In this document: one piece after another, positions 23,207 to 37,681 of the stretch | Layout: every line of letters begins with the position of its first letter | Position numbering within the stretch: the first letter of the stretch is position 1 | From: Setoptus koraiensis | Taxonomy: Eukaryota; Animalia; Arthropoda | DNA: 64,000 nt | Reading direction: 5' to 3' | Assembly (NCBI GenBank): GCA_048013815.1 | Contig: CM106586.1 | Coordinates: 1,674,001-1,738,000 of the forward strand | The notes under the pieces: model-generated | What the model was told of the DNA's origin: nothing | What the model saw: the letters and a program-made list of their open reading frames with translations, nothing else | The model's database searches: none | Made by a program: the position numbers and the translations under genes

Positions 23207-25089
23207 AAAAGTGGGAAGAATCTATGGGTATAAATGATTGTGGCGATAATGGCATGTTGGCGAATATCAACAGTGGCAGCAATACGTGGTGAAATTCACA
23301 AAAACAGCTGGTTCGCACGGACCGCTAGGTCCACACTATGCAAATGTGCGCGGATCTCCGGCCATCATCAACTAATGCTGGGAGTTGCAACCAACCACGA
23401 CTAAAGATTAAGAATATAGGGTAGAGTCGAAACTGATGAGGGCGACCAGTGTCAGTGAGCCCATGTGGCAAGAGTGCAATAATTTTGACCTTGTCGATCA
23501 TTTTATTGTTGCCTGATGCAAAGTACATCGGCACATGGAAAATTGTTTGAGACGTCTGATGGTTCAATAAACTGGTGGTGCGAGCCAATGTTCGCTTTTG
23601 CCTCCATATATTAGCGAACTGGATTATTGGCGCAATCGGTCTCAACTTGAGGCCTTTGCCGCACTGAAGACAGAATGCAAGTGCACTTGACCTAATGTCA
23701 TCAACACGTACTCAATAAAATGTTGGTTCGTAGACTAACTGGCCAAATAAAGTTCAATACATAATGTATAGCGGTGGTAACTGAGACAAGAATGTTTGAT
23801 TGAATCTATTGTGCAGACGCGTTAGGTAACATGTCGTTCTGTCTATTTCGGTCGTGTGAACTCTCGATGGAATGCAATTTCCAGATCAATGCCATCAGTA
23901 ATAAAGATCAATAACACGTATTAATGATTCGTCCATATTCAATCAGCGAAACAGCGACTGACCATGTGAACAGTGTCACAAACGCTTGCGCATCGTTTCT
24001 TTTAACATGGTTGCAATGGTTAGGACAGTTAGATCGCACTGCTCTTTTATCAGTTCCGTCAAGACTCTCGACTGGATGTGTCATTGGCCTAGCCAGGATG
24101 CGATTTCTCTTTATCTGGACTTGTACGTCTATTGTGTGGTAATACGCGTAAATGTAGGCACCCTCATGCCTACATTTACATTATGATTAGTATTTTGATT
24201 ATGTCAGACCAGATTAGTTGGTGCAAACAATGAGTATGGTTGTGTAATTTAAATCAGACAATGAGACAGATTCAGAGACAAACATTACGGAGAATGCGCA
24301 AGAGCGCACATTATGGATCTAATAATTTCTCGCCCCATAAGTAGACAGCGGACAGATAATGGTTGAGATGTGATTTGATGTAGCTCAAATAACACACACT
24401 CATTACGAAACTACCCATCCATTCACAATAGAATGATGTGTGGAAGCAAGTTGCATGCTCCATTGTACCCACATCAAAAATGGTAAATCCATTAGGTCAA
24501 ATCAGGCATGACGAACATTATACAAGTGGAGACATCGATGCACTTGAACAACAAATAGCTGATCATGAAAAGTCTCCCCCGCTCAATTACAATTCTTGGC
24601 ATAGACATATATTTGTTTGTACCAGACAATTGGTTGTTGGGGTTGTTTTTTGCCAGACATCATTGCTTGTGTTTGTTGCGAAATGTTGCTCCGAAAGGAT
24701 TTCCAATTTGGAACTTTCGCGAAAAGACGGTTCGTTCGAAATTTCACTTGTGGCAAGCGAAGGATCGCTGGTCGAGTTACCCGATAGGTTGTCGCCTACA
24801 ACTTGTGGGCGGCTCATTTTGCGACATTAATCATGGCCCGATAATTACTTTGTTTGCATCATTTGTATTAGCTCGCTGCTCACTGACCATTCGATCGGAC
24901 GCAACGTCACATGAGATTGTCACAAATTGAGGAAATGAGATTCCGATGAAAATTGAGAAGAAATCGAGAGGCCGCACAAATTTGACAAGAGGCCGCTGAA
25001 CTTGACAGAGTCAGATGGTAGCAGTCACAAGAGATGCGATGGCTCTACTTTTTCAAATGTACAAACGATAAGGAGGTCCCGTCGAGCTT

Positions 25090-25090
<1 letters not shown>

Positions 25091-25136
<46 letters not shown>
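25091..25136. repeat. (CT)23 microsatellite
   Basis: Perfect dinucleotide run. Similar CT/GA runs occur near 4201, 5177, 7666 and 55848. Confidence 0.95.
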
Positions 25137-25141
<5 letters not shown>

Positions 25142-28079
25142 CCCGCTTGGCGTGCATTTCGGCGTAGCAAATGAGGTCAAGCTGAGGTACAATAATAACA
25201 ACAATGGTATATTCACTTTTCAACTGGTCAGCAATGTTGTTGCGTGAGTTGGCTTGCTTGCTGTCACGAGAATGGAAAAGAATTGTGCTCGACGATGGCG
25301 GTGATTACGAAAACCATGACAACACATCACGCAGTGATAATACACATAATAGGGGCACAAACAGCACGCGCAAACATCTACGCCAAACTATTTATCCGAC
25401 TGTCTCTGCTGTTCGTTTGTCTGCTGCCCAGTTGCTTATTGTTAGTCATTATGGCGTGCTGAGGACCCTCGAGAGCCCATTCGCACAGTTGGTCGCACTG
25501 ATCGTTTGGTTAGCCGGGCAAAGTTTGCTGGCCGGCAACTAACTGGATGCGACAAGGTCGTGGCGCACTCTCTTTCAAGTTGATTATTTGATTCGGCCAG
25601 GAAAAGATTGCATTTCGCCGGGCCTCTGCTGTTCGGTGGCTGGTGCCATCCGTTGTCATTGTCCGTGCCGTTGTTGCTGCCGCTGGTCAGTTTAAGGGCC
25701 AACACAAAGGTTAATAGGGGTCGCAGAGATTTGGCGAAACCAGACACTGGCCAGCCAGCCGGTCAGCCAGCCAGATTGCATATTTGGTCCCGGTCGAATA
25801 TTTGCTTGCAAACTACTGCGCACATAATTTATAGACTGATAACCGCTGGTGCACATGGGGCCCCAATGACGATGGCGACGCTCACCGATGACGATGACGA
25901 CAATCACAGTGGTAGCTACGGCGCCACTCACCATGACGGAACAATGTATTGTGTATGGAAGGGGCCTCCAGTTGGCCAGTTGAGCATCAAAGAGGCCCAC
26001 TTAGATTGATGGCGGAATTCTTTTCCATTGTGTTGACCCTGGCCTAAATTTTGTCGGGCTTGCCACTGGAGGCAAGCGCCAATTGTGTCCCCACTGCTCA
26101 CTGTTCGCTGTTCGCTGTTCGCTGTATGCATGCTACTGGCAGCCCCATCATCAATTGGGCTGCCCACATACAGTAACGCAAACGCCGTATCCAAACAACA
26201 ACAACGACAATAATAACAACATTAATACCAAGCAGCCTATTAATGTGCTGTTGCCGGCAATGCAAGCTTTATCCAAAACTGATCTCTCTGCCCAGTACTA
26301 ACAGCCAGTAATTTGCCAGCAGACAACAGAAATAATATAAAAAAGGATAATTGATTGTCGGTAGCGGGCTCAGTCAGTGTCTGGTTGCACAACAACGCCA
26401 GCTTTGTAATCATTAACACTTGCGTGGGCTCCAAATAATAGCTTTGACTTGGCTATTTGATCATCAGTGGCTCGGGATCAACAAGGTGATCTCAGAGGTG
26501 AGCTGCAGGCCGAGAGGACATGAGGAAGTGAGTGATCGTTATCATTTGTTTGTTTGCTGTTGCCATTGCAGTGCAATGACGACAAAACAATGAATGCACA
26601 CAATAAATTGTAATGTCTGCGAATTTGTCTCAGCCACAACAATGCGAGGCCCAGGCTCATCAATTATCAATTGCAGACAACATGCGATGACAAGTTATTG
26701 CTGAAGCAGCTCATTTGGTCGAGTAGTATGAATGCAAAATCAAGATCAATTCTGTGGTTTCTTTTTGCTGTCTGTGTCACCAACGGCGACGCTCGATCAG
26801 CCAGTTGCAGCAGTCCAATTAACCCATATAGCTAGAATATTATATTTGCACGCTGATGCGGATATTCTAGAATATGTCGCTGTGAATATATTGTGACTTG
26901 TTCGATCACTGATTAGTGTCTAGGAATTATGTTTGCGTCATCATCACAACTTGTGTGATTCACAAGTGATTGGCTACCAGTTGTTTGCAATCAGACAATC
27001 ACTGTCACTTGTTGACAGTTTAATCATCATAGGAGCTGTCAGAAATGTGTAACTGGTCAAAGTGGGCCGTTCACTGGACCGCTTGCACGCGTTCGCACGT
27101 GTGTTGCAAGTGGCAAGCAGTTTTGCGAGTGATCGGTCCACTGAAAAGCCTGTTAGCCCGCTGGCCCAGTTAGAAAAAACGAAGCGCGATGAAACGGTGC
27201 AAATGACGCGATGAGGCCCAGTGAAAAATGTGCATAACGGTGACAGATAAAGCCAGAAGGGAGAGGACATAGACCCCAACATGATAATATAATAAGGATA
27301 ATTGATCGTGGGCATGCTTTATGCACACACGGACTAACGAGCACGAGGAATGAGGCCAGCTTATTGGCCTTGTTAGATGGACACACGGGCACAGCTGTTG
27401 TTGTTGGGCCAGTGAGGGTGTTCAAGTGGCAGCGTTCAAGTGACAGCGTTCAAGTGGCACTGGGCTCGCTCGAAACGGTGTCAATGATTGCTGCATAATA
27501 ATGCATATTAAGCTTGCTGGTGTTGTCGTTGTCGCTGTTGCTGTCACTGTCGTCGTTGTCAGTAGTGTTGACGACTTTATACGGCTAGCTTTATGCAGGA
27601 ACGGCTAGCTGTCGTGTAGCTGGGGGACAAGTCGTCAGTTGCAACTGTCAACTGTTAAATTTCTGTATCTGTCATGTGTGTGTGTGTGTGTGCCATTGGG
27701 CCATTGGTGCTAATAGCGACGGTCATCATCCACAAAAACAATAACAAAAGCAAGATTTAGAGCACAACGAAAGGGTTACAATGGTTGTCGTTTAAAACGG
27801 CATGATGAGCACGTGCCGTGGTCTCGTTTGGCCGTCGGGACCTGGGCTCATTTGGCTGTCAATGTGGCCCTGTTATATCGATCAACGAGTTGATGCAGTT
27901 GCCCAAGCGAATTGCCTTTAATGCTGTCACCCGATAGCCTAGTTTTGATGTTTTATTTTTGGGTTTTATTATTATGCGTCATTTGCCTGGTGCCACTACC
28001 ATTTACTTGCAGCCTTCAATTCAACTAAAACAACTCATGATGCACCCAGCCAGTGTCTATCCATTGATCGAGGCACTGC

Positions 28080-28136
28080 CATTCAGTGTTCGGCGGCATT
28101 CAGTGGTCGGCGGCATTCAGTGGTCGGCGGCATTCA
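28080..28136. repeat. 17-bp minisatellite (CATTCAGTGGTCGGCGG) x3 plus partial
   Basis: Directly visible tandem units with one substitution in the first unit. Confidence 0.9.
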
Positions 28137-29172
28137 TTGGTTGGGCCATTGGCGGCCCCCGTGCGTTGCGTCACCATAACACTCAATTGATCAGTCAGTT
28201 TGTTTATTTGTGGGCGTGCAATTGCCAATGCAAAGTTGTCGCACTGACATACAATTGTCGACTGCGTTTATTTGACGTCACCTGGTCACAGGCGCACAAG
28301 ATCGAATAACAGGGGCCCCTTTAAGATTGAATCACGTGTACACAAAGCTCGCAAAAAGACATCACATGTGTTTGTCGTGCGCGTGCCTCGCCGTGATATT
28401 CTAGCACTTTACTTACGTTCTGCCTCTGATCTCTAGTCAATGGGAATCCCCGAGCCAGCCGAACAAGCTCACCGGCTGCACACCAGAGGCCAGATATTGT
28501 TGCCAGCAAGAGAGTGCAAAAACAGATAAATTATTGTCGCATTTAAACAGGCAAACACACACACTCACAAAAGCCTTACATGCCTTTTAAAGAATATGCA
28601 TGCGCAGCGTCTAGAAACAAGCGATGGCCATGAAATCAAAGTTCAATCTATGAATAAATAATAAGTATTTAATTTGTTCCTGTTGTCAATGACAGAACAA
28701 GCGTGCCGACTTCTATCGAAGTCTTGCCACATTGTCGGCGTGCGTGCCTCATAAGCCGCCTACCGTCGCCCACTATCGCCTGCTGAACGTATTGAACCAA
28801 CCAACCAACCAGGTTCAGACAAGTCGCACAAATGCACCTGCAACGGCCTACGCTGCTCGTGGCGTAATCTATTTGCTCTCAAACTTGCAAAGAGCAAGCT
28901 GGCACAGCCGGCCCGTCGGTAGTCGGCGTGCCGGTCGCATCCAATTGCAGTCCAATGGAACCGCTGGAATGGGCAACGTGCAAGCAGCGAACAACGACCA
29001 CCAATCACTTCCGTTTCCATCTATCTTTAACCCGATGATAAATCATCGCCAAGCCATCATTGTTGACGCAATCGTCAATCTGTGCGCCGCGTGTTTGTGT
29101 TAGTGTGCGTGTGTTTTTTGTTTTTTGTTTCATTATTCTATCAGCCGGCAAACAAACTTTCAAAACAACTGC

Positions 29173-29347
29173 TCGCGGCCAACAAAGGCAGCGACCTTGC
29201 CGGGCGAGGTGGCCCCGAGGCCTGTTGTTGCCGGAACGCAGGCCCGAATGCGGGCGTGCGTTCTATTCGGGGAATCGGTGTGCTAGGTGACGCGAATAGA
29301 ACTCAGTGCTGATTCCAAGTTCGAACAGGAGGCTTCCATGGGCGCCC
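29173..29347. ncRNA. Candidate structured RNA (GC-rich multi-hairpin island), family unassigned
   Basis: Hairpins: TCGCGGCC/GGCAGCGA; GGAACGCA-G-GCCCG-aatg-CGGGC-G-TGCGTTCT; GTTCTATTCG/CGAATAGAAC; GGAATCGGTG/TGCTGATTCC. No diagnostic match to a family I can confirm. Confidence 0.25.
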
Positions 29348-29697
29348 AGTTGCATAGAAATCGGACACTGTAGCCATTATAATTCACTATTATTTGGGGG
29401 CCACAAAGCGAGCGTGCACAAAGCACTGTCACTGTCACTGTCATATGTTGTTATATGGCAAACAACAAAGTTGTAGCCTGTATAATTAAAGTGTGTGCTC
29501 TGTGCGCGCCTAAATCTAATTAGTTCAAACCAATCTAGCCAGTTTAGTGATCAGTTTAGCGCTAATTAGCGCTCACTTGGGGCCGCCAATTCTCAGTAAT
29601 AATAAGCTGATGATGCGGCACCTTTTCAGGTTGCCACTTGCGGCAAAAGTGCCAAAGTGGCAAGCTGCCAACATGTAAATCTGATCTGGCCAGACTC

Positions 29698-29729
29698 TAT
29701 AATATAATATAATATTATATTATATTATA
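29698..29729. repeat. Perfect 32-bp AT-only palindrome
   Basis: TATAATATAATATAAT followed directly by its reverse complement ATTATATTATATTATA. Confidence 0.95.
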
Positions 29730-32700
29730 AGGTTTGTTGGAGCGCGGCTGCTTTGTCATTTGCGAGGGCGCTGTCATCGATTGATTGTCGTCAGCAGTGC
29801 GTCTGATCTATATTTTGCTCGAGTTAGCCTCATTTGTGCAGCTTGTTTTGTTGCAATTATGCTAACTAACTAATGCCGGGCCACTTGCAATGACGATTTC
29901 GATTCATGTGAATCTATTAATGAACTAGCACTGTCATCTAGTTGTCAACTAGACTCCAGTTGCCAGAGGTGCCAGTTAGCTAGTTTGCATACACACGCCA
30001 CTGCACGCCAACAGACGCCAATGCACGCTGCCGACAGACGCCGACAGACGCCGACAGACGCCGTTAGACGCCGTTAGACGCCGACGGAATCGACCCATAA
30101 ATTACACGCTACAGGAAGCGGCTGGCAAGCGAGCTCTGTGGGCTCGTTGGCTTGCTGCGCTATCTCGCCGGTGAAGTCTCGCCAGCGAAGTCTCGCCAGC
30201 GGCAGTCTCGACTTTGCGAGCAACAATCGTACAAACTGTGTACGTTTGCATGGTAGCGCCAACATAGTATAATATTGTTTGTCAGCCAGTGATTGCTTGG
30301 TCGGCGGCCCGCTGGATAAAAGTTGTCCATGACAGGGATCATTCAACTCAAAACGGTTTTTTGCATTAGTTTGGCGACTGTTCTGGCAGCATGTTGTTCG
30401 GTCGCCGTTGCCCGCTTCTTCGCTCGCTGTTTGTTGCCGTCTCTCTGTTTGTTGCCGTCTCTCTGTTTGTCGCTGTGGTGAAAAACGAGTATCACACCTT
30501 CGCGTGAGAACAGGATAAAGCCTGGTCGAGCGAGCCGAACTGAGCCCAATCTCTATTATCCATTTCTGCAACAATTTGCCATGTGAGCGGCCAATCATGG
30601 CACTAGATTAGTTTAATGGTGGCGCTAATTGTTGTCGACGGCACACAGTACGCGCCGTTAGTGAGTTTTTGCCAACGCCAACCACAATTGTCAAGTGCCG
30701 GCAATCAATTATTTTTAGCATTATTTACGTATCAAGCACCAACAAACTGACTGTTTTGTGAGTGAACTAGATGATGATTAGTGAGTTGAATTGCTTGCAT
30801 CACCTGTGTGTCAGTCGTGTGTGACTCGCAGGCTGTGAGTGTTGTGGTGATTTTTTAGGCCGCCAAGTAACACCAACACACTTGTCAGTGGATGACAGGC
30901 GACATGACAGGTGAGTAGGGTCGCTTTGCATGGCTTTGCATGGCAGCATGCAGCACAATGTATCAACCATCACCGAATGCACAGTTGGCCAGCTCGTGTC
31001 AACACACTCACGCCATCAGTTGGCTAACAAGTGGTTATTGGATTAGTGGCGAATGTCGCGAGTCGCGACGGAAGCTCATCATGTAAGTGCGTTTATGTGA
31101 GCAACTTTGCCAACAAACAATTAGTGCGTCCAATTAAACCTTGTACGTGTCACCCATTAACCTAGCCGCTAGGTTGCATTAGCCGCTAGGTGCATGCACA
31201 AGAGCACTTCACCGATACCAATTTTATTAACTCTGCCAGCTACACAAGCAATAGTCAGCAACACACACACGACGAGCGTTCACAATAAACGGTAAAAGCG
31301 GCAAAATTTGCATAGTTGCGTCATATTTAATGTGGCCCCGTTAATTGGCCCTTTATGTGAGTATGTACAATAACAAAAGTTGCTATTTTGTGTGCATGCC
31401 TGGCGTTGGTTGTTTCGACAATCGTTATTTCGACAATCATTATTTCGGCACATCTATCTCATGTGCGCATATGTTATCGCACAAACTCGCTTATTTTTCA
31501 TATAACGCTCATCGGGGGCGAGCTCGCCAAGCATCGGCAGCCGAGCATTGGCAGGCGAGCATTGGCAGGCGAGCATTGGCAGCGCCAACAAAAGAGAGAG
31601 ATAAACTCTCAGAGGCTGGCAGAGAGCGGGAATGTTGCTCGTAAGAAGTGAGCTGAAGAATGCCAATTCTACCGATAATAACTCATCTGCCATCTGCCTT
31701 GTGTCTCGTCGCTGCATTGTCTTTTGGCGCTACGTGCCAGTTAATAAACTAAACAAACTACCGTCTACCGTCTACCATCTGGTGCCTCGCCGTTTATCGT
31801 CGCCGTCTTGCCAACGCATCTCGTGCGTCTCAGACTGAGACTCTCAGTGCGTCTCGCCAGCGCGTCTTGTCAAGATCAAGGCCATTGTTGTTTGTGCATT
31901 GTTGTAGGTTGGCTGTCGCAGCGATCACCAGCGATTCAATGGGCGATAGGCAATAGGAAATGGGTGACACGACAAACGACACGACACGGCACGACAAGAC
32001 ACGACAAGACGAGTCAAGTGAGTTGAGTTGAGCCGCCTTAAAACTACTGTCACCAGATATTAATAGCGCGCTCTCTCAACATATCTCAACATATCTCAAC
32101 ATATCTCAACGTATCGGCACGTTCCCCGGTTCCACTAGATGGGCATCCAGTTATTCCAGTTGGCCGACAATGTTGGCAGTTGTTGCGTTGTGTTTTGTGT
32201 TTTGCGACGCCAACAACAGCCAACAACAGCCAACAACAGCCAACCACGGCCAACAATGGCAATAAAAACAACTTATTCACACACAATCGCATAATAGAAC
32301 TAGATACGCCGACATAACAACACATCTAATAGCTACTACTTATGACATCTTATCAAGCGTAACAACAATATGATTTGATTTGACTCTCGCTGGCTGCTTG
32401 AATTTTACCTAACTTGACAATAATAGTAATAAAAAACTAACGGAATATTGGCTCACATTTTGTGAGTGGCGCGCACAGTTGAACATTTGGCTTATATTTG
32501 GGATATTGGTTCGCAGTCACGTTTGCATGTGCAGCCGGCCTGTTAAGTCACTACAACTGGCTGTTCAATTGCAAGCGACACAATCAAACAGACACACGAA
32601 TAAGCGGATTATTTGCCCAGATTATTGCTCACTTTTTCATCTGGCTGCTGCGTGTCATCTCGCCACATCAAGCCGGCTCACACCGTGCGAGAGCTGTGGC

Positions 32701-34133
32701 GAAATAATGGCCAACTAGCCAGGGGGCGCCCAACTGCGTCTTGTGACAAGACTCTTGTCTATCCGGCTGTTCAACTGTTCGGATGTTCGGCTGTTCAACT
32801 TGGCAGCGTCTCGAGAGCAGACGCTGTTGAACATTGCGCCACAACAGCATCGCTTGTATCGCGACAACGACAGCGGCCATGACAATGACAATGAAAATGA
32901 ACAATAACAATCACATTATCATACACTATTTGCATCATCAACAATCACGTGTTACATATACATATTTGCAGTGCAGTTGTTTGTTTGTTGTCATTGTTAT
33001 TACTGCGGTTGTTGCCTGCACCGACTTGCACCGACTTGCACCAACTGGCACCGAATGGCACCCACTGGCACCCACTGGCACTAAAAAAGTCGACAAGACC
33101 AATATTGTTGCAGCCAGTGTAAGAGCATTAGCTGGCACAGAGGAAATGAAACGAAACGGAATGGCGAAACTTGAGCTGCAAGTTGCTCGCGTTCGACAGT
33201 GGCGTTCGAGCGGCAGCTTGCGCGCACGTTGCAACCGTGACGCGCCACCACGCCGCCGATAGAGATGTGAATGCTTATAATCATCGTCATCGATGACATC
33301 ACCGCAACGACTCGCTGCGCCCCATCGTCTCGCCCTTGCCGAGTCACCCGTCTCGCCGCTCTCGACTAGCTCGCCGCTCTCAACAATCTCGCCGCTCTCA
33401 ACAAGCTCGCCAGTCGCTCAATGTCGGCCAACGGCGGACCGCTTCTCAACGCTGCTCAACTCTTCGCGACGCTTCTCAACGCTTCTTGAGGCTGCTCAAT
33501 ACTGCTCAGGGCCAACTGAGCTCGCTGGTGGGCTCAATGTCACTCAAGTACCATCATCATTTTCAAACAAGCGAACTCTTTTTATTATTCAATTGGTTGT
33601 TGCATTACGGCTCGCCAGTATTACGGCTGGCGAGTGGCGAGTGGCGAGCTTGGCGTGGCCGGCACACTGGCACGGCTCATTTGGTTTGGCGGGCCCACAA
33701 ATGCACAATGTAAACGTAACTGGCTGCGATGTAATGCAAAATGTAATGATTGCTCTATTATGACGGCCCAATGATGGGCCAATGCAAACGAAATGAAATT
33801 GCAAATCGCAAATCTTGATTCGCCGTTTGCAGTGCGCAATGCACAATCCGCAAATACGCTCGCCGAATGGAAAAAGCAGCTACTCAAGTGACCATCATAA
33901 TCGCGTTGAGCGCATTAAATGGCCACTCACTTTGTGTGCTGCCCCGCACTTGCACTCACCAGCATAACGGTTGGCCAGCTCAACGACAAAACGGCCCGCT
34001 GCTGGCCAACTGAATCAGTGGCACTCATGTGTGGCCCATGTATTGGCGTATGGCGCTTGGCGCAATTGGGCTAAAAAGTAAACGCTGGCCCGCGTTACGT
34101 AAGTACCCACATATCCTTGAACTAGATAGTGTA

Positions 34134-34633
34134 NNNNNNNNNNNNNNNNNNNNNNNNNNNNNNNNNNNNNNNNNNNNNNNNNNNNNNNNNNNNNNNNNNN
34201 NNNNNNNNNNNNNNNNNNNNNNNNNNNNNNNNNNNNNNNNNNNNNNNNNNNNNNNNNNNNNNNNNNNNNNNNNNNNNNNNNNNNNNNNNNNNNNNNNNNN
34301 NNNNNNNNNNNNNNNNNNNNNNNNNNNNNNNNNNNNNNNNNNNNNNNNNNNNNNNNNNNNNNNNNNNNNNNNNNNNNNNNNNNNNNNNNNNNNNNNNNNN
34401 NNNNNNNNNNNNNNNNNNNNNNNNNNNNNNNNNNNNNNNNNNNNNNNNNNNNNNNNNNNNNNNNNNNNNNNNNNNNNNNNNNNNNNNNNNNNNNNNNNNN
34501 NNNNNNNNNNNNNNNNNNNNNNNNNNNNNNNNNNNNNNNNNNNNNNNNNNNNNNNNNNNNNNNNNNNNNNNNNNNNNNNNNNNNNNNNNNNNNNNNNNNN
34601 NNNNNNNNNNNNNNNNNNNNNNNNNNNNNNNNN
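34134..34633. other. Assembly gap of exactly 500 N
   Basis: Run of N. A fixed round length suggests a scaffolding placeholder (for example a Hi-C join), so the true distance and possibly the orientation across it are uncertain. Confidence 0.98.
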
Positions 34634-37600
34634 AGATAGAGTGCAAGCAAGCAAGCGAACGAGTTAAGGCACCGCTGTCCGCCAGTGGCCCAGACCGGCG
34701 GCCGAATCAGTTCGAGTTGCAGCTCGCACAACTGGACAATTGCGCACGAGACACAGGTGAGTGCGCCAATCAGTGTGCCAGCGGTCAGAGAGCTTAGCTA
34801 CGGGCGCCCATCGGCCCAGTTGCCCAGTTGCTCATTATCGCACACAAACGGCGCACACAAGCTCGTGCAGAATCTGTAGATGTGCAGAGTGTAGACGAAT
34901 GACGAATGTATATGTGTATGACGAATGGAGCGACCATCGATCACCGTGCTCGTGTGGCACGATGCTGGCCCGGGATTTGGCCAATTGTTGGCCCGATATT
35001 ATGCAAGTATTAGGCCAATCAGTTTTTGCGAGCTGCAACTGGCAGCCATAAGTGTGAGTGTGCTTGTGCGCGATTTAAATTTGACCATCTATGCACTGTA
35101 AAGCTTGTCAGCTGCAGTGTCGGCAAGTGGCCGCTGGTCAGCACGCTGGCCACTGGCGGTGGGCCACTCGAGAGCCACTGCGACACTGCTCACCTATAGC
35201 TGTGGCTGGCCCACTAACGAGCTGACGACACACAGCCCGCGTGTGACACAGGTGACAGGCACAGTCAGCCGTTAACTGGCCAGACAAACGAAACGTCAAT
35301 GAAAGTTTGTTGGCGGCAAAGAGATGTGGCGAGACTCACTCATAATGTGAATGTATCGCACAAAACAAACGTCGGCCATTCGACTCGGACGATCCGAGCG
35401 AGCCCTGCCAAAAACAACAAATTACTTGCACATTGCGAGCCCCTTTGACGCAAACAATGTGTGCCGTCCACACAGACACAGTGTGCGCCAGTTATAAATA
35501 AATGGATCTGGCGCGTTCGTAGGCGCTCTTGGCGCACTTGTGTGTTCACTAACGGACGATGATGCAACAAACCTGCCCGACAATTGCCTAACAGTGTCAG
35601 GCTGACACTGTTGGCTGGCTGGCAATATTTGTTGGCAGCAGCAGTTTATTAGGACACAGTTAAAATGGCATAATCAGACCCTATTAAGTGTGTGTGTTGT
35701 TTTTGGTTCACGTCACCACGACAACTCAGCGTCACCGTTAATGGTGCTGATGTAAGCGCGCGCACAATCGCATTATAATCACCATTTATACTTAAATATG
35801 CATGCAGTCGCAATATGACATGCACAGATATTTATCACCATCGTGCGATGGGGCCCAGTGATGGCGCAATATGGGCGATATGCGCACACACTGCCAAAAG
35901 TTGTGCTGGCTACCGTTAGCCAGCAAGCTCTGCCAACAAGCTCGACGCTCGGTGTGTTTGTCGGCAGTCGCATTGTTTGTGTTGCGTCATCTCGCGAGTG
36001 CCATTTTGTGAGGTGAGTGCACACTTAACATTTGCCTACATGCAAGCGCGTATCCCCAAGCACAAGCCACCCTAAGTGCGTTGAATCTCGACTGCGCCAG
36101 TCGGACTGCGCCAGTCGGACTGCGCCAGCGAGCGACCTTGAAATGTTGAACACACACACGCACACCGTTCAAAAGTGACTCGAAATTGTCAATTGTCGTT
36201 GCTGTCTCAACGCCATCGCCATGATCGCCAGTCTACATGATCGACAGCAACGCTCAGGACACTAGTGACAACACCGGCGACACAACGACAATTGACATTG
36301 ATGCGCGTTTTTCATTTATTGCACGTGCAAATGAGTGCGTCGTGATGCGAATTGCGTGTCGTTGCTGGCATCGCGTGTCACTGCTGCGTTTAAGCGCACA
36401 AGCCGGCTGACAGGTGCATCAGGTAGGCGAGGCGGGGGCGTGCTAACACGAAAACATGCAAAACTAAACTGACTGGCCAGCAGCCAGCAGCCAGCCCGCA
36501 GCGTGCATGCGGCAGCCAATTGGCCAATTGACAGCTCACCTGTCTGACCAGTGCCGCAGCTGTGAATGGGACTGTGAATGGGACTGTGAATGGGGCTGTT
36601 AATGGGGCTGCAAATCGAGGGCCAGACGACGACAGGTTAGTTCGCAGCGTGCGTCAGACGCCGTTAGATGGATTTGTTGTGAAACAAGCAACAACAATTA
36701 TTGCTCGCCGCTTGTTTAGCTGCCGGCCAAGACGACAGCCCAACAGTGAGATTAACGGTGCTGGCGTGATCGCCGGCAATAATTGGCCACTGCCCATCAG
36801 CTGATAGCCGTCAGCTGATAGCCACCAGCTCGTATGCAGCTGATGTGTTTGTATCTGTCAATTAGACAACAAAACAACACAAATGAATGTAAAATGAATT
36901 AATAATTGTAACAGTGAAATGATGAAACACTCAGCGAGCCAGTGGCCAAATTAATCTATTCACTGAATAGTGTTCAACCGACAATTAGCCGCTCTACATT
37001 ACATATGCAATATGTAGATTGTTTGGTTGTGACCAGTGTTACCAGTGAAGTTGTGAGCTCAACTGGCCACAAGCCAATGATTGCACCACTGACCACTGGC
37101 TGTTTGTTGCTGTGTGCTGCTAACAAACTGTTTTGAGTCAAACTGTTGGGCGCCCAATAGCACGGCAACATAATACGCGATATTGACCAGTAGCCGGCCA
37201 GTGTAAAACCTTGACACTGACACACGGGCGTGGCCGGTGGGCAAAACAAACAGGGCCCATTGTAGCAAGTGACTGTTGTTGTTGCACAACAACAACAGCA
37301 ACAACAACAGCAACACAACAAGTTGTTGTAGTTGCGATAGCCAGCGCGTCAATCAGTGCTGCTGACGTAATTGTGTGTGCGCAAACGGGTGAACGGTCAT
37401 AATTGATTTGATATCGGCATGGCGAGTGCAGCCATCGACATCATAGACGAGTCACAGTCAGCAGCACAATTGTCGTCACAATAAACACACGTTCACGTCG
37501 TGCCACTGCTAATGTTAATTCCATTGTTGGCGAGCTAGCTTGCCACTGGCTGTGGCGAAATTGTGAGCGCAACTAAACAGAGTCTGTTTAGCAGACACAG

Positions 37601-37636
37601 ACAGAGAGCGCGCAATAGCAGCAGCCACTGTTCATA

Positions 37637-37681
<45 letters not shown>

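Noticed and set aside
23325-24930. Overlapping 100-130-codon ORFs upstream of B4GALT7 (including an ELDYWRNR peptide reminiscent of dynein heavy chain)
   Set aside because: Non-ATG starts or frequent stops in the relevant frames, and no extended similarity.
25442-25747. Signal-peptide-like ORF with an LEREC motif
   Set aside because: It starts at GTG just after an in-frame stop and has no ATG or domain support.
29199-29380. Calling the hairpin island 7SL/SRP RNA, RNase P RNA or a tRNA
   Set aside because: It lacks SRP helix 6/8 motifs and the RNase P CR-I/P4 partner, and the A-to-B box spacing of about 110 nt is too long for a tRNA. Kept only as an unassigned candidate.
34015-34797. Five long ORFs spanning the N run
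   Set aside because: Artefacts of undefined codons in the 500-N gap.
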